IMG/VR virus record: IMGVR_UViG_3300046779_000501
Coordinates: 1 to 62,273 of that record
Direction: 5' to 3' (one strand)
Length of the DNA: 62,273 bases
Source: a virus
Taxonomy: Duplodnaviria; Caudoviricetes
In this document: one piece after another, positions 30,553 to 40,448 of the stretch
Layout of the letters: each line of letters opens with the position of its first letter
Numbering within the stretch: the first letter of the stretch is position 1
Position numbers and translations under genes: made by a program
Notes under the pieces: generated by a model
The model's input: the letters and a program-made list of their open reading frames with translations, nothing else
Database searches by the model: none
Told to the model about the DNA's origin: nothing

Positions 30553-31746
30553 TTAATTCAACTTGATTTGTGGTCCAGGAAGACCTTTGTTAATTTCACC
30601 ACGGGTAGAGATTACCCACAACATTTTACCTTTTGGTTTTACATCAGTGCTACACTCACCATCTGTAAGATAGAATAAGCACGTATACTTTCTTTGATTT
30701 TCATTGTAATACTCTAACACAGGATCGAAATCAGTACCACCTCTACCATGAAGAGTTATATCTTCATTAGGTTTGTACTTCTCAATACTGCGAATAGTAG
30801 TATCACATTGTAAGATAGTTACTTCACTACCGGTTTTATGTATGTGATGTATCTCATTAAGGAACTCCTTAACTTCTTTATCACTTACAGAACCACTAGT
30901 ATCGATAGCAACCAACAAGTGTCTCTTGTTTTTAATCTTGAGACCGGGATTCTCTTCGAATCTCTTGTTGTCTTTACGTCTTAGTTTCTTAGTGAATACT
31001 TCTTTAGCACCACCTGCGAATCTTCTGACATAACTACGCCAGTCAAACTTCGGTGGTTCTACATGACGTAGTCTTTCTAAGATACCTTTAAACTCTCCGG
31101 GAATAGTACCCCTAGATTTTTCTACAGAATCTGCAATTTCTTTTAAGATGTGTGCGGTTTGAGACTCAAGTAATTTCTTCTCTGCTTCAGATAGATCTTC
31201 AAAGTCTTTCCAAGTACCATGATCAGGAAGCATAGTACCACTACCATGTTGTTCACCGTCATCCATACCTGCCATATCAGAGATCTTTCCACCAGAACTA
31301 GATTGTTCTTCTTGTTCTTTAGCTTCCATCAAGAGTTTGTAATACTCTCTACAACCTGCTTTAGGTGGTAGATTATATTCAGCAAATGACTCTAGAGTAC
31401 AACCACCTTCAGGTAAATCTTCCGCATCTATGTACTGATTAATCTCAATGTCCATAGCAATGTTTGCTACTTTCTTATTTTGAAATTCATCTTGACACTG
31501 AATGTGGAAGAAACCTATATGCAATAACTCGTGCTTCAATAGACCTCTCTTATGATTATCACTAAGAGAGTTCCAGAAGTCTTCGTTAATAGTAAGTTGG
31601 AAGTTAACACCATTCTTACTTACACCAGCAGTGGGAACACGTTTGTCCCATTGCTTATTCAAACTTAGTAGAAGGAGACCATAGAATGGTTCCTTCAACA
31701 TAAGTTCTTTACTAGTTCTAGCTAGACTGTCATGATTGCTTAACAT
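30553..31746 (-). CDS. DUF2201-type metallopeptidase plus VWA domain protein
   Basis: HELLH zincin, NIAMDIEINQ, MIDAS DTSGS, GRGGTDF, LTDG. Confidence 0.88.
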   Translation of the reverse strand: MLSNHDSLARTSKELMLKEPFYGLLLLSLNKQWDKRVPTAGVSKNGVNFQLTINEDFWNSLSDNHKRGLLKHELLHIGFFHIQCQDEFQNKKVANIAMDIEINQYIDAEDLPEGGCTLESFAEYNLPPKAGCREYYKLLMEAKEQEEQSSSGGKISDMAGMDDGEQHGSGTMLPDHGTWKDFEDLSEAEKKLLESQTAHILKEIADSVEKSRGTIPGEFKGILERLRHVEPPKFDWRSYVRRFAGGAKEVFTKKLRRKDNKRFEENPGLKIKNKRHLLVAIDTSGSVSDKEVKEFLNEIHHIHKTGSEVTILQCDTTIRSIEKYKPNEDITLHGRGGTDFDPVLEYYNENQRKYTCLFYLTDGECSTDVKPKGKMLWVISTRGEINKGLPGPQIKLN

Positions 31747-32215
31747 GCTTTGGAATTAGTTTGAGGTTCATCTCTTCTACGAAGTCAAAACCCCAGGTTA
31801 ATAAATGTTCTTGTAACGACGCAGAAAACTTATCTAGAAAGAACTGCATAGCTGCAGGACTAGTCTTAGTGTTCTTCTTAATAACATTATACATACTGTT
31901 AAAGTTGAGATGTCCTTTCTCATTAGCACAGTCATCTACATAATTCATAATAGATGGACTAAAAGAATTAGGTCTTACAACATCCTGATCATCAGGAGCT
32001 ATTACATCATTCTTAAAAGGATCATGATTACAATTACTTTTACTACAATCTTTTGCAAGCAATAAGATATACGGAAGGTTCTCTTCCAAGTCTACTGCTT
32101 CTATAATACTTACACCGATATATACACTTTCTTTGTCAGGACTTGTTAGCATCCCTAATACTCTTTCATAAGTACTATCTGATAGGATAATACTTTCTTG
32201 AATGTTCTTTGTCAT
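31730..32215 (-). CDS. MoxR-module protein C (stand-alone shared helical domain)
   Basis: LSDSTYERVLGMLTSPDKES aligns with LDDDMYNSLDMMLSSPSKED in protein B. Likely start MTKN at 32215 (TAATG coupling). Confidence 0.55.
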   Translation of the reverse strand: MTKNIQESIILSDSTYERVLGMLTSPDKESVYIGVSIIEAVDLEENLPYILLLAKDCSKSNCNHDPFKNDVIAPDDQDVVRPNSFSPSIMNYVDDCANEKGHLNFNSMYNVIKKNTKTSPAAMQFFLDKFSASLQEHLLTWGFDFVEEMNLKLIPKHVKQS

Positions 32216-32562
32216 TAGTCTTCTATTTTTAATGTTTTGATTCTCCACATTGGGTGTTCATTACGACTGACTGCTTTAACCCATTCTTTTGCACTAGGTA
32301 TATAACCATTGCAATCTTCTTTTACATGTTGTTCACCTACATATCTGGTGTATACAGTTTTACCTGCTGAGTTTACAAAGCTTACTCCGAAGATCTTTTC
32401 AGCTTCAAATATACCTTCACTATGATGACGGAACATTCGGTGGTCACTGTGACCTACCCATGATTTAGTCTCATCAAACCACTCGTGAATATGTTTGTAA
32501 TCTGTTAGTTCACCACCCCACCTTCTAGCGGATGATTTAGCGTGTTCATTCGGATGTGCCAT
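32215..32562 (-). CDS. His-rich conserved protein (DUF6915-like)
   Basis: MAHP..HA.SS.RRWGG...IHEWFD.TK...HR..RHH.EG...EQHV.ED. Family name is from recollection. Confidence 0.65.
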   Translation of the reverse strand: MAHPNEHAKSSARRWGGELTDYKHIHEWFDETKSWVGHSDHRMFRHHSEGIFEAEKIFGVSFVNSAGKTVYTRYVGEQHVKEDCNGYIPSAKEWVKAVSRNEHPMWRIKTLKIED

Positions 32563-32902
32563 AGTCACCTGATGCATTAGCATCTTCTATACTTCTTACA
32601 ACACCATCTACTTTCCAGGTTTTATCTTCAATATTTATTCTTACTGTACCATAACCACCATCATTGTTATACCAATCATAGTCATAGTTATTACTAAGAA
32701 CTTCATAAAGCATTTCTTCTACCTTAGATAGAATGACATCATCTACATCTATAGTATTAGCATCCTCATCTTCACAGTATACATGTTCTATTGAACCGCT
32801 ATCTCCACTACCATCATACTCACCAACAAGTTCGGTTATACCCATGTTCTTAAGGGAGGATACAAATGCTGCTTCCTCTAATTCATCATTAAATGCACTC
32901 AT
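32546..32902 (-). CDS. Acidic conserved protein (DUF6878-like)
   Basis: YDGSGDSG and W.NNDGGYG motifs. Family name is from recollection. Confidence 0.6.
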   Translation of the reverse strand: MSAFNDELEEAAFVSSLKNMGITELVGEYDGSGDSGSIEHVYCEDEDANTIDVDDVILSKVEEMLYEVLSNNYDYDWYNNDGGYGTVRINIEDKTWKVDGVVRSIEDANASGDYGTSE

Positions 32903-32906
32903 AATT

Positions 32907-33329
32907 TTATTTTTTAAGTTTATAAAAACGTCCTAGGATATTACCATTCAGATATAAGTCTGATTCTAGTACACCCTTGACAAACTGATACTTTGTTTCC
33001 ATATAAGTTAACTCTGTCTTAGAGTAACATATCTGCAGGATATCCCTCTTGATAGGAATCTTATCCTTATGTGCTTCTTTTAGCGTAGCATTACTACTGA
33101 AGTAGTTTTCATACGCGAGCTTAGCAACACGCTCATAATTCTTTTTACGCTTGTCTGTTGGCGTATTCTTCTTAGTAAGTTTCTTCTTAGTAACACTATG
33201 AAAGTTCTTCTTACCAATATACGCACAAGACTTTCCATCTATGATAGCTGTCATTTCATATACAAAACCGACAGCACCTTCAGGAATCATTTCAGGTGTA
33301 AATACCTGATTCTTGTAGATCCAACTCAT
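32907..33329 (-). CDS. GIY-YIG-like nuclease
   Basis: GFVY...YIGKK, followed by Y.SS, E..Q and YLNGNI motifs. Confidence 0.7.
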   Translation of the reverse strand: MSWIYKNQVFTPEMIPEGAVGFVYEMTAIIDGKSCAYIGKKNFHSVTKKKLTKKNTPTDKRKKNYERVAKLAYENYFSSNATLKEAHKDKIPIKRDILQICYSKTELTYMETKYQFVKGVLESDLYLNGNILGRFYKLKK

Positions 33330-34300
33330 TTGTTTATTGCTTCTTTTAGTAAAGGATATAATACTTCTCGTGTTTTCTCTAGACCGTGATCTCTTACAGA
33401 ATCTGATAGATCCTTACTTAGTGGTAGTATAACATACGGTATACCATACTGTGCTTCATATTTAGCAGCAGCTTTCTTACCGGCAGTATCATTATCAAAT
33501 AGAATCACGATCTTTTCATACTTAGCTCTATACATTGCAATAGCACCCGCAGAGATGACAGTGTTCTCACTATCTGGTGCAACAAACTCAGCATTAAATC
33601 CAAACTTACTAAGTGACATAATATCTTTCAGCGAACTGCAGATAATAAGATTAGGTTGTTCGAACTTAAGTTGATCTGTACCTTGAATGTAATTCTTTGT
33701 TTTTAGAAACTTATGATCAGCATTAAACGGTTGGTACATCTTATATACGCTACCATCAAGTCTTGTGTACGCATAGATATTAGATCCAGTTATAGAAAGA
33801 CTTTTGATAACATCATCTTGTTCTTTATGCATAGTGTAGTCACCGACAGGAACAACACCATACTTAACAAGCGTTTCAGAGTCAATACCAAACTGAGTCC
33901 AGAACTTAGCATCACCTTTGTTCCAAGAACGTTTTGCAAAATCAACAATCTTATATCTTGCTAATCTTTTAAATGTTCTTATGTCATCAGTTGTACCAAG
34001 CATCAAAAACTCTTTGTAGTCTTTTATAACCTTATTCGCAGCTGCACCAAACTCAAGATCATAGAGTTCCATTACTAACTTTATAGCGGAACCACCATTA
34101 CCAGATGAGAAATCTTTGTAATAGTATTTGCTATCAGCATAGAATATTGAAAAGCTAGCAGTTCTTTCTGTAGGATTAAACAACGATTTAATCTTTACAT
34201 CTTGACCTACAAGTTTTTCATTTAGGTTACAATAGTGCTCAAAGATCCAGTGATCAGGAACATCTATAATACTAGACACTAGATTTTTAGTACTTATCAT
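33326..34300 (-). CDS. DNA primase (Toprim, crAss-type)
   Basis: N-terminal SLF..ERTASF...YKDF, SSLKD, ILFDNDTAG, KDLSD. Confidence 0.85.
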   Translation of the reverse strand: MISTKNLVSSIIDVPDHWIFEHYCNLNEKLVGQDVKIKSLFNPTERTASFSIFYADSKYYYKDFSSGNGGSAIKLVMELYDLEFGAAANKVIKDYKEFLMLGTTDDIRTFKRLARYKIVDFAKRSWNKGDAKFWTQFGIDSETLVKYGVVPVGDYTMHKEQDDVIKSLSITGSNIYAYTRLDGSVYKMYQPFNADHKFLKTKNYIQGTDQLKFEQPNLIICSSLKDIMSLSKFGFNAEFVAPDSENTVISAGAIAMYRAKYEKIVILFDNDTAGKKAAAKYEAQYGIPYVILPLSKDLSDSVRDHGLEKTREVLYPLLKEAINK

Positions 34301-34318
34301 ATGCTAAAGTTTAAAGAT

Positions 34319-34346
34319 AAAAAAGGGGATGTTTCCACCCCCTTTT
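34319..34346 (-). terminator. Rho-independent terminator
   Basis: AAAAGGGG / CCCCTTTT stem followed by a T-run on the - strand. Confidence 0.65.
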
Positions 34347-34363
34347 AGTATCAATTAATTAAA

Positions 34364-35044
34364 TTAGAGTTCAAAGTCACCACTCACAGAAGATGATGTT
34401 GCGACGTTACCAGATCCAAATGAATCTAGATTCTCAACTTTCTTCTTCTTAATGTGTAGGTCTTTGTCAAATGCAATAACATTAGCTGCATTCTCAACAG
34501 ATGCCATATTGTAAACACCGCGTTGATTACGAACCAAGAACAAATCGTGGTTAGTATAACCGTCTTTGTTAGTATACTCTTTACCACCAATGCACATCAT
34601 TACAAACTTATCTTTGAATGGAGCATCTTCGTTGAACTTCTCTACGTATTCTTCAATAGTTTCAAAAACACCATCGTTCTCTTCCATCCACTTGTAAGAA
34701 TTAGTATTTCTAGCAAGAGACTCGAGTGCTTTCAAGATGTCGTTCTGACGATATACTTCGATACCAGTCTTAGTAGTACCATCTTTGTATGCATACTCGT
34801 TAGTCTTAACTTTACCAACTTGACCAAGATGTCTTCCTGCATCAGGATTGTTCTTGTCAATATAGAAACCTTCGAAATTCTCAAGAGGTTCTGTCTCTAC
34901 GTTCATTACTAAGAAAGACGCGCTGGTATCATAGCTTGGTGTTTCCAATTTGATACTGTTGATCTTACATACTACATTACCAGGAGCGATAACTTTCGGC
35001 AATCCTGAACCTTCTGAGGATTTTAAATTTTTGATACTAATCAT
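34364..35044 (-). CDS. Putative single-stranded DNA-binding protein
   Basis: Position between the AAA ATPase and primase, GGKEY...GY motif, low-complexity tail ending GDFEL. Confidence 0.5.
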   Translation of the reverse strand: MISIKNLKSSEGSGLPKVIAPGNVVCKINSIKLETPSYDTSASFLVMNVETEPLENFEGFYIDKNNPDAGRHLGQVGKVKTNEYAYKDGTTKTGIEVYRQNDILKALESLARNTNSYKWMEENDGVFETIEEYVEKFNEDAPFKDKFVMMCIGGKEYTNKDGYTNHDLFLVRNQRGVYNMASVENAANVIAFDKDLHIKKKKVENLDSFGSGNVATSSSVSGDFEL

Positions 35045-35055
35045 TTTTCTACTTT

Positions 35056-35799
35056 TTAATCGATATAAATTTCATTCCAGTTAACTCGTATAGTTCCGTC
35101 TGGTAACATTTCAGACAAAACTATCTCTTTATTACTTAAGTGCGCAGGTCTAGCTCCGCAAGCTACTTCATCAGAGGTCTTAAAACTAATAATGTTTTTC
35201 TTACCTTTACGATACAAGTAACCAATAGAATCAGAGTTTGATGCAGTAATACGTTTAAGTTTACCTGTCAAATCTAAATCTAAAGAGTTAAACTCTGAAC
35301 CATTCTTCTCAAGCATTGTGTCTTTTACGTGACCTACTAAGATTGTACGATCCGCCCAAGACTGGATGTAGTTTACAACTTTAGTAAATGCTTCTCTTAA
35401 GTATGGGTAACCAGCACCATTAGGTAAACTCAATATGTTTCCATACTTAGGTTTACCATCTGTCAACCAGTTTTTACCCATCGGAGTTTTCATATATAAC
35501 TCCTCAGCATAAGGTATACACATCTCTTCTAATGCAGTGATTGTGTCAATAGCTACGTACTTGTAAGGATTACCTGCGTCCTTAATAGCTTTACCGATAT
35601 GCTTGATTTCTTCAACAGACTTTGCTTCAATCTTTAGAGCATCTAGATACTTAGAACCTCCTTCGAGATCTAGTATTAAACAGTTGTCTAACTGTGATAA
35701 CAAAGTTGTTTTACCCGTTTTGGGTTTAGCAAAAATAATCAGGTTCTTCGGACTTGTATTCTCCGCAGGAACCTTTGCTGTAGGTAGTGTGATCTCCAT
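35056..35799 (-). CDS. AAA_24 / Sak4-like P-loop ATPase
   Basis: AKPKTGKTT, ILDLEGG, IDTIT, ILVGH. Confidence 0.8.
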   Translation of the reverse strand: MEITLPTAKVPAENTSPKNLIIFAKPKTGKTTLLSQLDNCLILDLEGGSKYLDALKIEAKSVEEIKHIGKAIKDAGNPYKYVAIDTITALEEMCIPYAEELYMKTPMGKNWLTDGKPKYGNILSLPNGAGYPYLREAFTKVVNYIQSWADRTILVGHVKDTMLEKNGSEFNSLDLDLTGKLKRITASNSDSIGYLYRKGKKNIISFKTSDEVACGARPAHLSNKEIVLSEMLPDGTIRVNWNEIYID

Positions 35800-35810
35800 T
35801 TTTATAATAA

Positions 35811-36344
35811 TTACTTAACTAAATCGTTCAACCAAGACTTGCTACTTACAGGTTTCTTCAATAGAATCGCTGCAAGATCTCTGATAGTCATATCAGAAAT
35901 AGGAGCATCATCCATCAAAGATGAGAACTCTTCGAACTCTGTAATTTCAATACCTGAACGAGTAGCAACAGTTTTAGCGGGTGCTTTAACTTTTACTAAC
36001 TCACTGACAGGAATCAAATATCTCAAAGCAGAATCAGTTGTAGGTGTGGTATCATACTCGTCTTCCCAATGGGGATTAAAGTGCAACTTCCACAATGTAC
36101 GTTCTGAATCTTGTGGTACAAACTCACCAGAGACAAACTCTGTATAGAAATCAGTACCTTTACGCAACTCACTAGGAAAAAGACTAATATGTAATTCGTC
36201 TTTACCTTTTGGTCTGTATGCTAACTTTGGATAAAAATACGCATCAGGAATATTCAATGCTTCGAATACAGGTTGATGTTTTTCTCTTAGCTCAGCAACT
36301 TTTGTCTTAGAATCTACTTTTTCTGTTTTTAAACTTACACTCAT
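35811..36344 (-). CDS. Hypothetical protein
   Basis: Coupled ORF. C-terminal MTIRDLAAI....PVS.K.WLN.L motif. Confidence 0.7.
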   Translation of the reverse strand: MSVSLKTEKVDSKTKVAELREKHQPVFEALNIPDAYFYPKLAYRPKGKDELHISLFPSELRKGTDFYTEFVSGEFVPQDSERTLWKLHFNPHWEDEYDTTPTTDSALRYLIPVSELVKVKAPAKTVATRSGIEITEFEEFSSLMDDAPISDMTIRDLAAILLKKPVSSKSWLNDLVK

Positions 36345-37330
36345 ATTTTAATTCTTTTTTCTTGTTGAGGTGGTGTAGGCATCTCCGAAATACGCATGCG
36401 TTCAAACTCTGCTTTGAAGAAACTCATACGAGCATCACCATTGCGGCATTTCAAGAAGTGCAATACAAGCACCCGGTCGTTTTCTATGATATACTTATCA
36501 GGACCATAGAACCTAATCTTTTGTTTAGCAGGTCTATTAATACCAATAAGTGTATCAGCGTGTTGAAGCAACGCATCTGAACCGAAGATATCAGACTCTA
36601 GTATGTAATTACCATACTTACCGTCTTCATTCCTCTCAGGATTGTCAATACCACGATTCAACTGAGTGAGAATTATGAACGCAATAGGATATCTCCTCTT
36701 GAGTTCTGTAACCATCTCACCAAGATTATACAAAGTATCAAACTTATCCTTCTCAAATGGTGCTTTCTTTAACAGCAAAGAGTGATCTAAGGTAACTACT
36801 GTCTTTGTAAAGTCTACTGTACCGTCCTCGTTCTTAACAGCATGATGATTCATGTAAGCTGTTATAGTTTCTCTTAATTCATTAACGGTCAGTGGTTCTT
36901 CTACAATGTCAATAGGAATCTTAACTCTCTCTTTAGCATGTTCATAGCATACTGCTAGATCTTCATTCGACAACTTTCCATCCGCACTACATAAGTACTT
37001 ATATGATTTACCAAGTACACTAGAAAATTCTCTAATTGCAGAAGTACGAGCTAGCATTTCGAACTGAAATTCTAATACTCTGAACTTCTCATCAGGATTT
37101 AGTCTGAACGATTCACGTACAATCTGATCCTTAATTAGAGTTTTTCCACTACCTGGACGACCACCTATTACAGTCATTGAGTGCCATTCAAGACCATCAG
37201 TAGTCGCATCATTAAACTTTTCCCACGGAGTTTTTAAGCTGCGAATGTGACCATCCATTCTACCTTTGAGGTAAACTAAGGAGTCGACGAATCCTTGCTT
37301 CTGGTCTTTCCAAAGCTTTTTATTCTCCAT
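36341..37330 (-). CDS. dnaB: DnaB-like replicative helicase (C-terminal ATPase domain only)
   Basis: GGRPGSGKT, FQFEM, LDH, LTQLNR, SDIFGSDALLQHAD, LKCRNG. Confidence 0.88.
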   Translation of the reverse strand: MENKKLWKDQKQGFVDSLVYLKGRMDGHIRSLKTPWEKFNDATTDGLEWHSMTVIGGRPGSGKTLIKDQIVRESFRLNPDEKFRVLEFQFEMLARTSAIREFSSVLGKSYKYLCSADGKLSNEDLAVCYEHAKERVKIPIDIVEEPLTVNELRETITAYMNHHAVKNEDGTVDFTKTVVTLDHSLLLKKAPFEKDKFDTLYNLGEMVTELKRRYPIAFIILTQLNRGIDNPERNEDGKYGNYILESDIFGSDALLQHADTLIGINRPAKQKIRFYGPDKYIIENDRVLVLHFLKCRNGDARMSFFKAEFERMRISEMPTPPQQEKRIKI

Positions 37331-37341
37331 ATGTAGTGTGA

Positions 37342-37536
37342 TTATCGTTGCTGATCATCGATCCAGCGATGTACAAATCTATAAAATGTATGTGATAAAA
37401 CCAAGATAAATTCAATAATTAAATACTGAAAGATACTAACATCTATCACAAAATTACTAAGGATCAAGTAGCATATGATCGATAAAATAATCGATGTCAG
37501 TAGCTTAGCTATGATCTTTTCTATTTTTAAACTCAT
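37342..37536 (-). CDS. Small membrane protein
   Basis: Two hydrophobic segments, coupled ORF. Confidence 0.55.
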   Translation of the reverse strand: MSLKIEKIIAKLLTSIILSIICYLILSNFVIDVSIFQYLIIEFILVLSHTFYRFVHRWIDDQQR

Positions 37537-38111
37537 ACTACTCTTTCTGAAAAATGTGGAGAATCATCTTGGTCATCTCCGTTTAATACAATGTCACAAC
37601 AATTTGCTAATTCAGAATCCCAAGACTTATCTGAATTTTGTTTACGTATAAAATATTGAGAGTTACGCATAAACTTGAAATTGTCTTTTTCGAAACTGTC
37701 TACATAGTACACTGTGGCTGCTATAATAGTTTTCCAGTCGTACGTGTAGTTCTTAAAGAACCATTTAAATGCTTCTTCAATGTTTCTTTTGTTTACTCTA
37801 GCTGTTTTACCAGATGGTAACTTACCTTTAGGAAAGATGTTAAGGAATACATCAACATGATCTAGTGCATTACTAGCAGAGGTGTCATTCTTAGTCAAAC
37901 TATCTAAAAGCAAATCACCCTTGCTAGTAATTTTAGAACCTTCCATGTAACCTTCACTAATTAGTCCACGTAATTCTAACTGCGGATTAATATTCTTAGC
38001 TAGATTTTTGTTTTTGATACACCATAGTAAATACAACTGATTCGGTGTAATACTACTAGTTTCTAAAGTTTCAAATAATTGACTGAGTTCCATAGTTGCT
38101 AAATTAATCAA
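37533..38111 (-). CDS. Putative replication initiator / helicase-loader-like protein
   Basis: Winged-helix-like N-terminus and F...FP...I..AT..YV...FMRNSQYFI C-domain, upstream of DnaB. Start may be 38093. Confidence 0.45.
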   Translation of the reverse strand: MINLATMELSQLFETLETSSITPNQLYLLWCIKNKNLAKNINPQLELRGLISEGYMEGSKITSKGDLLLDSLTKNDTSASNALDHVDVFLNIFPKGKLPSGKTARVNKRNIEEAFKWFFKNYTYDWKTIIAATVYYVDSFEKDNFKFMRNSQYFIRKQNSDKSWDSELANCCDIVLNGDDQDDSPHFSERVV

Positions 38112-38583
38112 GGTGGTCTAAATAATCACTATTTGGATGCTTTTTCATCTGTTTGATAAACTCTTTGTAGATCTTACGGTACTCCAGATTGTTGTAAGCT
38201 AGAGCATCTTCAACTACTTGTTTAGAATATCCGACAGTACAACGATCTCTATGGATTGCTTTAGCAATTTGTTCATCGCTGTAACCCATCTGACTAGCAA
38301 AATAACATAGCATCTGACGAGGCACAACTTCTTCACGTCGTCTTGAGTTCTTTCTAGCTAACAAACAATTTGGTTCTACAGTTACGGCAACCTCAACAAG
38401 TTGAGATAAAGACAGCTTAAAGTTCTGAAACACCTCATAGTAAGACAGCTTCTTTCCGTCTAGTGCGTGACTTAGTGCTTTTTCCACGTTTGCTTGAAAC
38501 GTTATCAGCGCTGTGTTCAGGTGCTGGTTCAGTATCATTACTGCTTTCTCCAGTTGTTGTTTCTGCTTCTGTTGCTTGGTCAT
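38104..38583 (-). CDS. DnaA C-terminal (domain IV)-like HTH protein
   Basis: SRRREEVVPRQMLCY...YS...IAKAIHRDRCTV matches the Bac_DnaA_C pattern (RDHTTV-like). Confidence 0.75.
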   Translation of the reverse strand: MTKQQKQKQQLEKAVMILNQHLNTALITFQANVEKALSHALDGKKLSYYEVFQNFKLSLSQLVEVAVTVEPNCLLARKNSRRREEVVPRQMLCYFASQMGYSDEQIAKAIHRDRCTVGYSKQVVEDALAYNNLEYRKIYKEFIKQMKKHPNSDYLDHLD

Positions 38584-38809
38584 ATAATCTTGTGTGTTTA
38601 GATTCTATTGCAAAATGCTCTACCTGATTAAGTTTTCTCCTAAAAGAGTTAACTATATCTTCTATGCCAGTCATTTTAATATCAGCATCGGATAATGCAT
38701 CATGTAAACACTTTCTTTTAAACATTCCTCGATGACTGTTTACAGAGAATTCAACTTCACCATATTTGGTAAGTTGTGCATATACAGTCACTGTTACTTT
38801 TTCTACCAT
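38435..38809 (-). CDS. Hypothetical protein
   Basis: Coupled to the UDG stop. 3' end overlaps the next gene by 149 nt. Confidence 0.5.
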   Translation of the reverse strand: MVEKVTVTVYAQLTKYGEVEFSVNSHRGMFKRKCLHDALSDADIKMTGIEDIVNSFRRKLNQVEHFAIESKHTRLYDQATEAETTTGESSNDTEPAPEHSADNVSSKRGKSTKSRTRRKEAVLL

Positions 38810-39507
38810 TTGATCGTAGGTTTATTTTGTTTCTCTAAAGTATTATTTATCTTATTCCACACATCATCACAATTCCATTCGGATTGCTTCATGTATGCTG
38901 CGCTAGCTGGATGAGATACTATAAATTTATAGTTGCTGTCGGGTACAAAATCAGCAAGTTTTGCTGCTTGTTTACCCATAAACACATAAATTATATTCTG
39001 TTTGTTCCAAACTAGTGCATCTAATAGAGCAACTACAAAAGGAGACCATAGTAGTTGATGACTACCTGGTTTTCCAATAGTTGTAGTAAAAGCAGAATTC
39101 AATAATAATACACCTTGATTGCTCCATCGTGTAAGATCCGGATCCGTTGACACAATACCTGTAGTCTTTTTAATTGACTCTTGTATATATCTCAATGATG
39201 CTTCTGGTTTACCAGTAATACCACATGAAAACGCAACACCATCTGCTACACCTTCTTGTGGATACGGATCTTGACCGATTATAACCACATTTACATTATC
39301 AAAAGGACACACTTCAAAAGCTCTAAATAGATACTTTATCTTGGGTGTGAATCTTTTGTTATCCATTGCTTCTGCTAGTAGAGTATCAAGTATCTTATCC
39401 ATGTCGGAACTCAACACAAAAGTTTTTAGATACTCGGACCAACCAGCGTCTTTCAATTTCACATACAGTTTTTCTTTTACTTCTTGTAAGTTTACGTTTT
39501 CTAACAT
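38803..39507 (-). CDS. ung: Uracil-DNA glycosylase (family 1)
   Basis: GQDPY, GVAFS, QGVLLLN, SHPAS. Confidence 0.92.
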   Translation of the reverse strand: MLENVNLQEVKEKLYVKLKDAGWSEYLKTFVLSSDMDKILDTLLAEAMDNKRFTPKIKYLFRAFEVCPFDNVNVVIIGQDPYPQEGVADGVAFSCGITGKPEASLRYIQESIKKTTGIVSTDPDLTRWSNQGVLLLNSAFTTTIGKPGSHQLLWSPFVVALLDALVWNKQNIIYVFMGKQAAKLADFVPDSNYKFIVSHPASAAYMKQSEWNCDDVWNKINNTLEKQNKPTIKW

Positions 39508-39532
39508 AGATTTGTATAAATTAACTTACGAT

Positions 39533-39850
39533 ATGAGCGAAGAACAAACCAACAAAAAACAGCTTGAAGTATTAAAGAAAGACGCTATGGTAAAGGTAGA
39601 GTTACCTACTGCTTTATACGAACGTCTCAATCAAATAATCTTCGAATTAATTCCTTGTAAAGATCATTCTGAGTTTCTTGGTCTTATTGATATAATCAAT
39701 AAAGGTGAGGAAAACGCAGATGAAAATAGAATTGCTTATCATCTCAAAACTCTGATTCTTACTCAGTTGCAGATTGAAAATGCAGCAAGAGAACAGGGAT
39801 TAACTGAAACTGTTGATGTTGATTTAGATAAGGATCCCGAATTAATATAA
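39533..39850 (+). CDS. Hypothetical protein (isolated + strand gene)
   Basis: Likely start MSEEQ at 39533 fills the gap between two - strand genes. Confidence 0.65.
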   Translation: MSEEQTNKKQLEVLKKDAMVKVELPTALYERLNQIIFELIPCKDHSEFLGLIDIINKGEENADENRIAYHLKTLILTQLQIENAAREQGLTETVDVDLDKDPELI

Positions 39851-40216
39851 CGGGAACCCTATCTTATCGCCAATAGATATACAGGTTTCAATAGCTCTAG
39901 ATAATTCTTCTTTGCTACAATTAGCAAAAGACTTTTGATCATCTCCTTCTATCAAACCTGCTTCTTCTTTTACATACATTTTCATTTCATCTAAAGTATT
40001 ACCACTATACTCAGCTAGTTCTCTGATACACTTATGAAGCTTGCTCAACTGTGCATAGCTTCCGTTATCTTGAACTATCTCATAGGTAATTGTAACTTTA
40101 GATCCTTCAGGTACTTGTTGAAGGAATAAGTCTAACTTAGTCTGTGATATTTTATCAAAACTAAGAGACTTATTTTCCTTCGTCGCTTTTACGCTTACGG
40201 GTAACAGGTTTGCCAT
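39842..40216 (-). CDS. Hypothetical protein (NinB/recombination-accessory-like pattern)
   Basis: S..QL..LH..I..LA...G......K...K and SFA..SKEEL...IE pattern. Confidence 0.5.
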   Translation of the reverse strand: MANLLPVSVKATKENKSLSFDKISQTKLDLFLQQVPEGSKVTITYEIVQDNGSYAQLSKLHKCIRELAEYSGNTLDEMKMYVKEEAGLIEGDDQKSFANCSKEELSRAIETCISIGDKIGFPLY

Positions 40217-40448
40217 TGTATGATGTTCTAGGTTGACCTTTATCTTTTCTTGGTTTTCTCTTAAGTTTAGCTAACGCTTGTCTTAAATGATTAGCTTCAA
40301 GAAAAACATTAGCATACTTATTCATAAGACTATCATAGTCCTCTTCTAGTTCATCAAATCGATCTTCGTAACGATTAGCTCTAATACCAAGAGTAATTGC
40401 TGCTGCGGTAGATACTACTACCATAGCTCCTAAAATAATTGTTGTCAT
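40170..40448 (-). CDS. Membrane-anchored coiled-coil protein with basic tail
   Basis: N-terminal TM, RKPRKDKG motif. Confidence 0.6.
   Translation of the reverse strand: MTTIILGAMVVVSTAAAITLGIRANRYEDRFDELEEDYDSLMNKYANVFLEANHLRQALAKLKRKPRKDKGQPRTSYNGKPVTRKRKSDEGK

Noticed and set aside
39341-39532. N-terminal extension of the + strand ORF 39341-39850
   Set aside because: Overlaps ung antisense. The ATG at 39533 is the plausible start.
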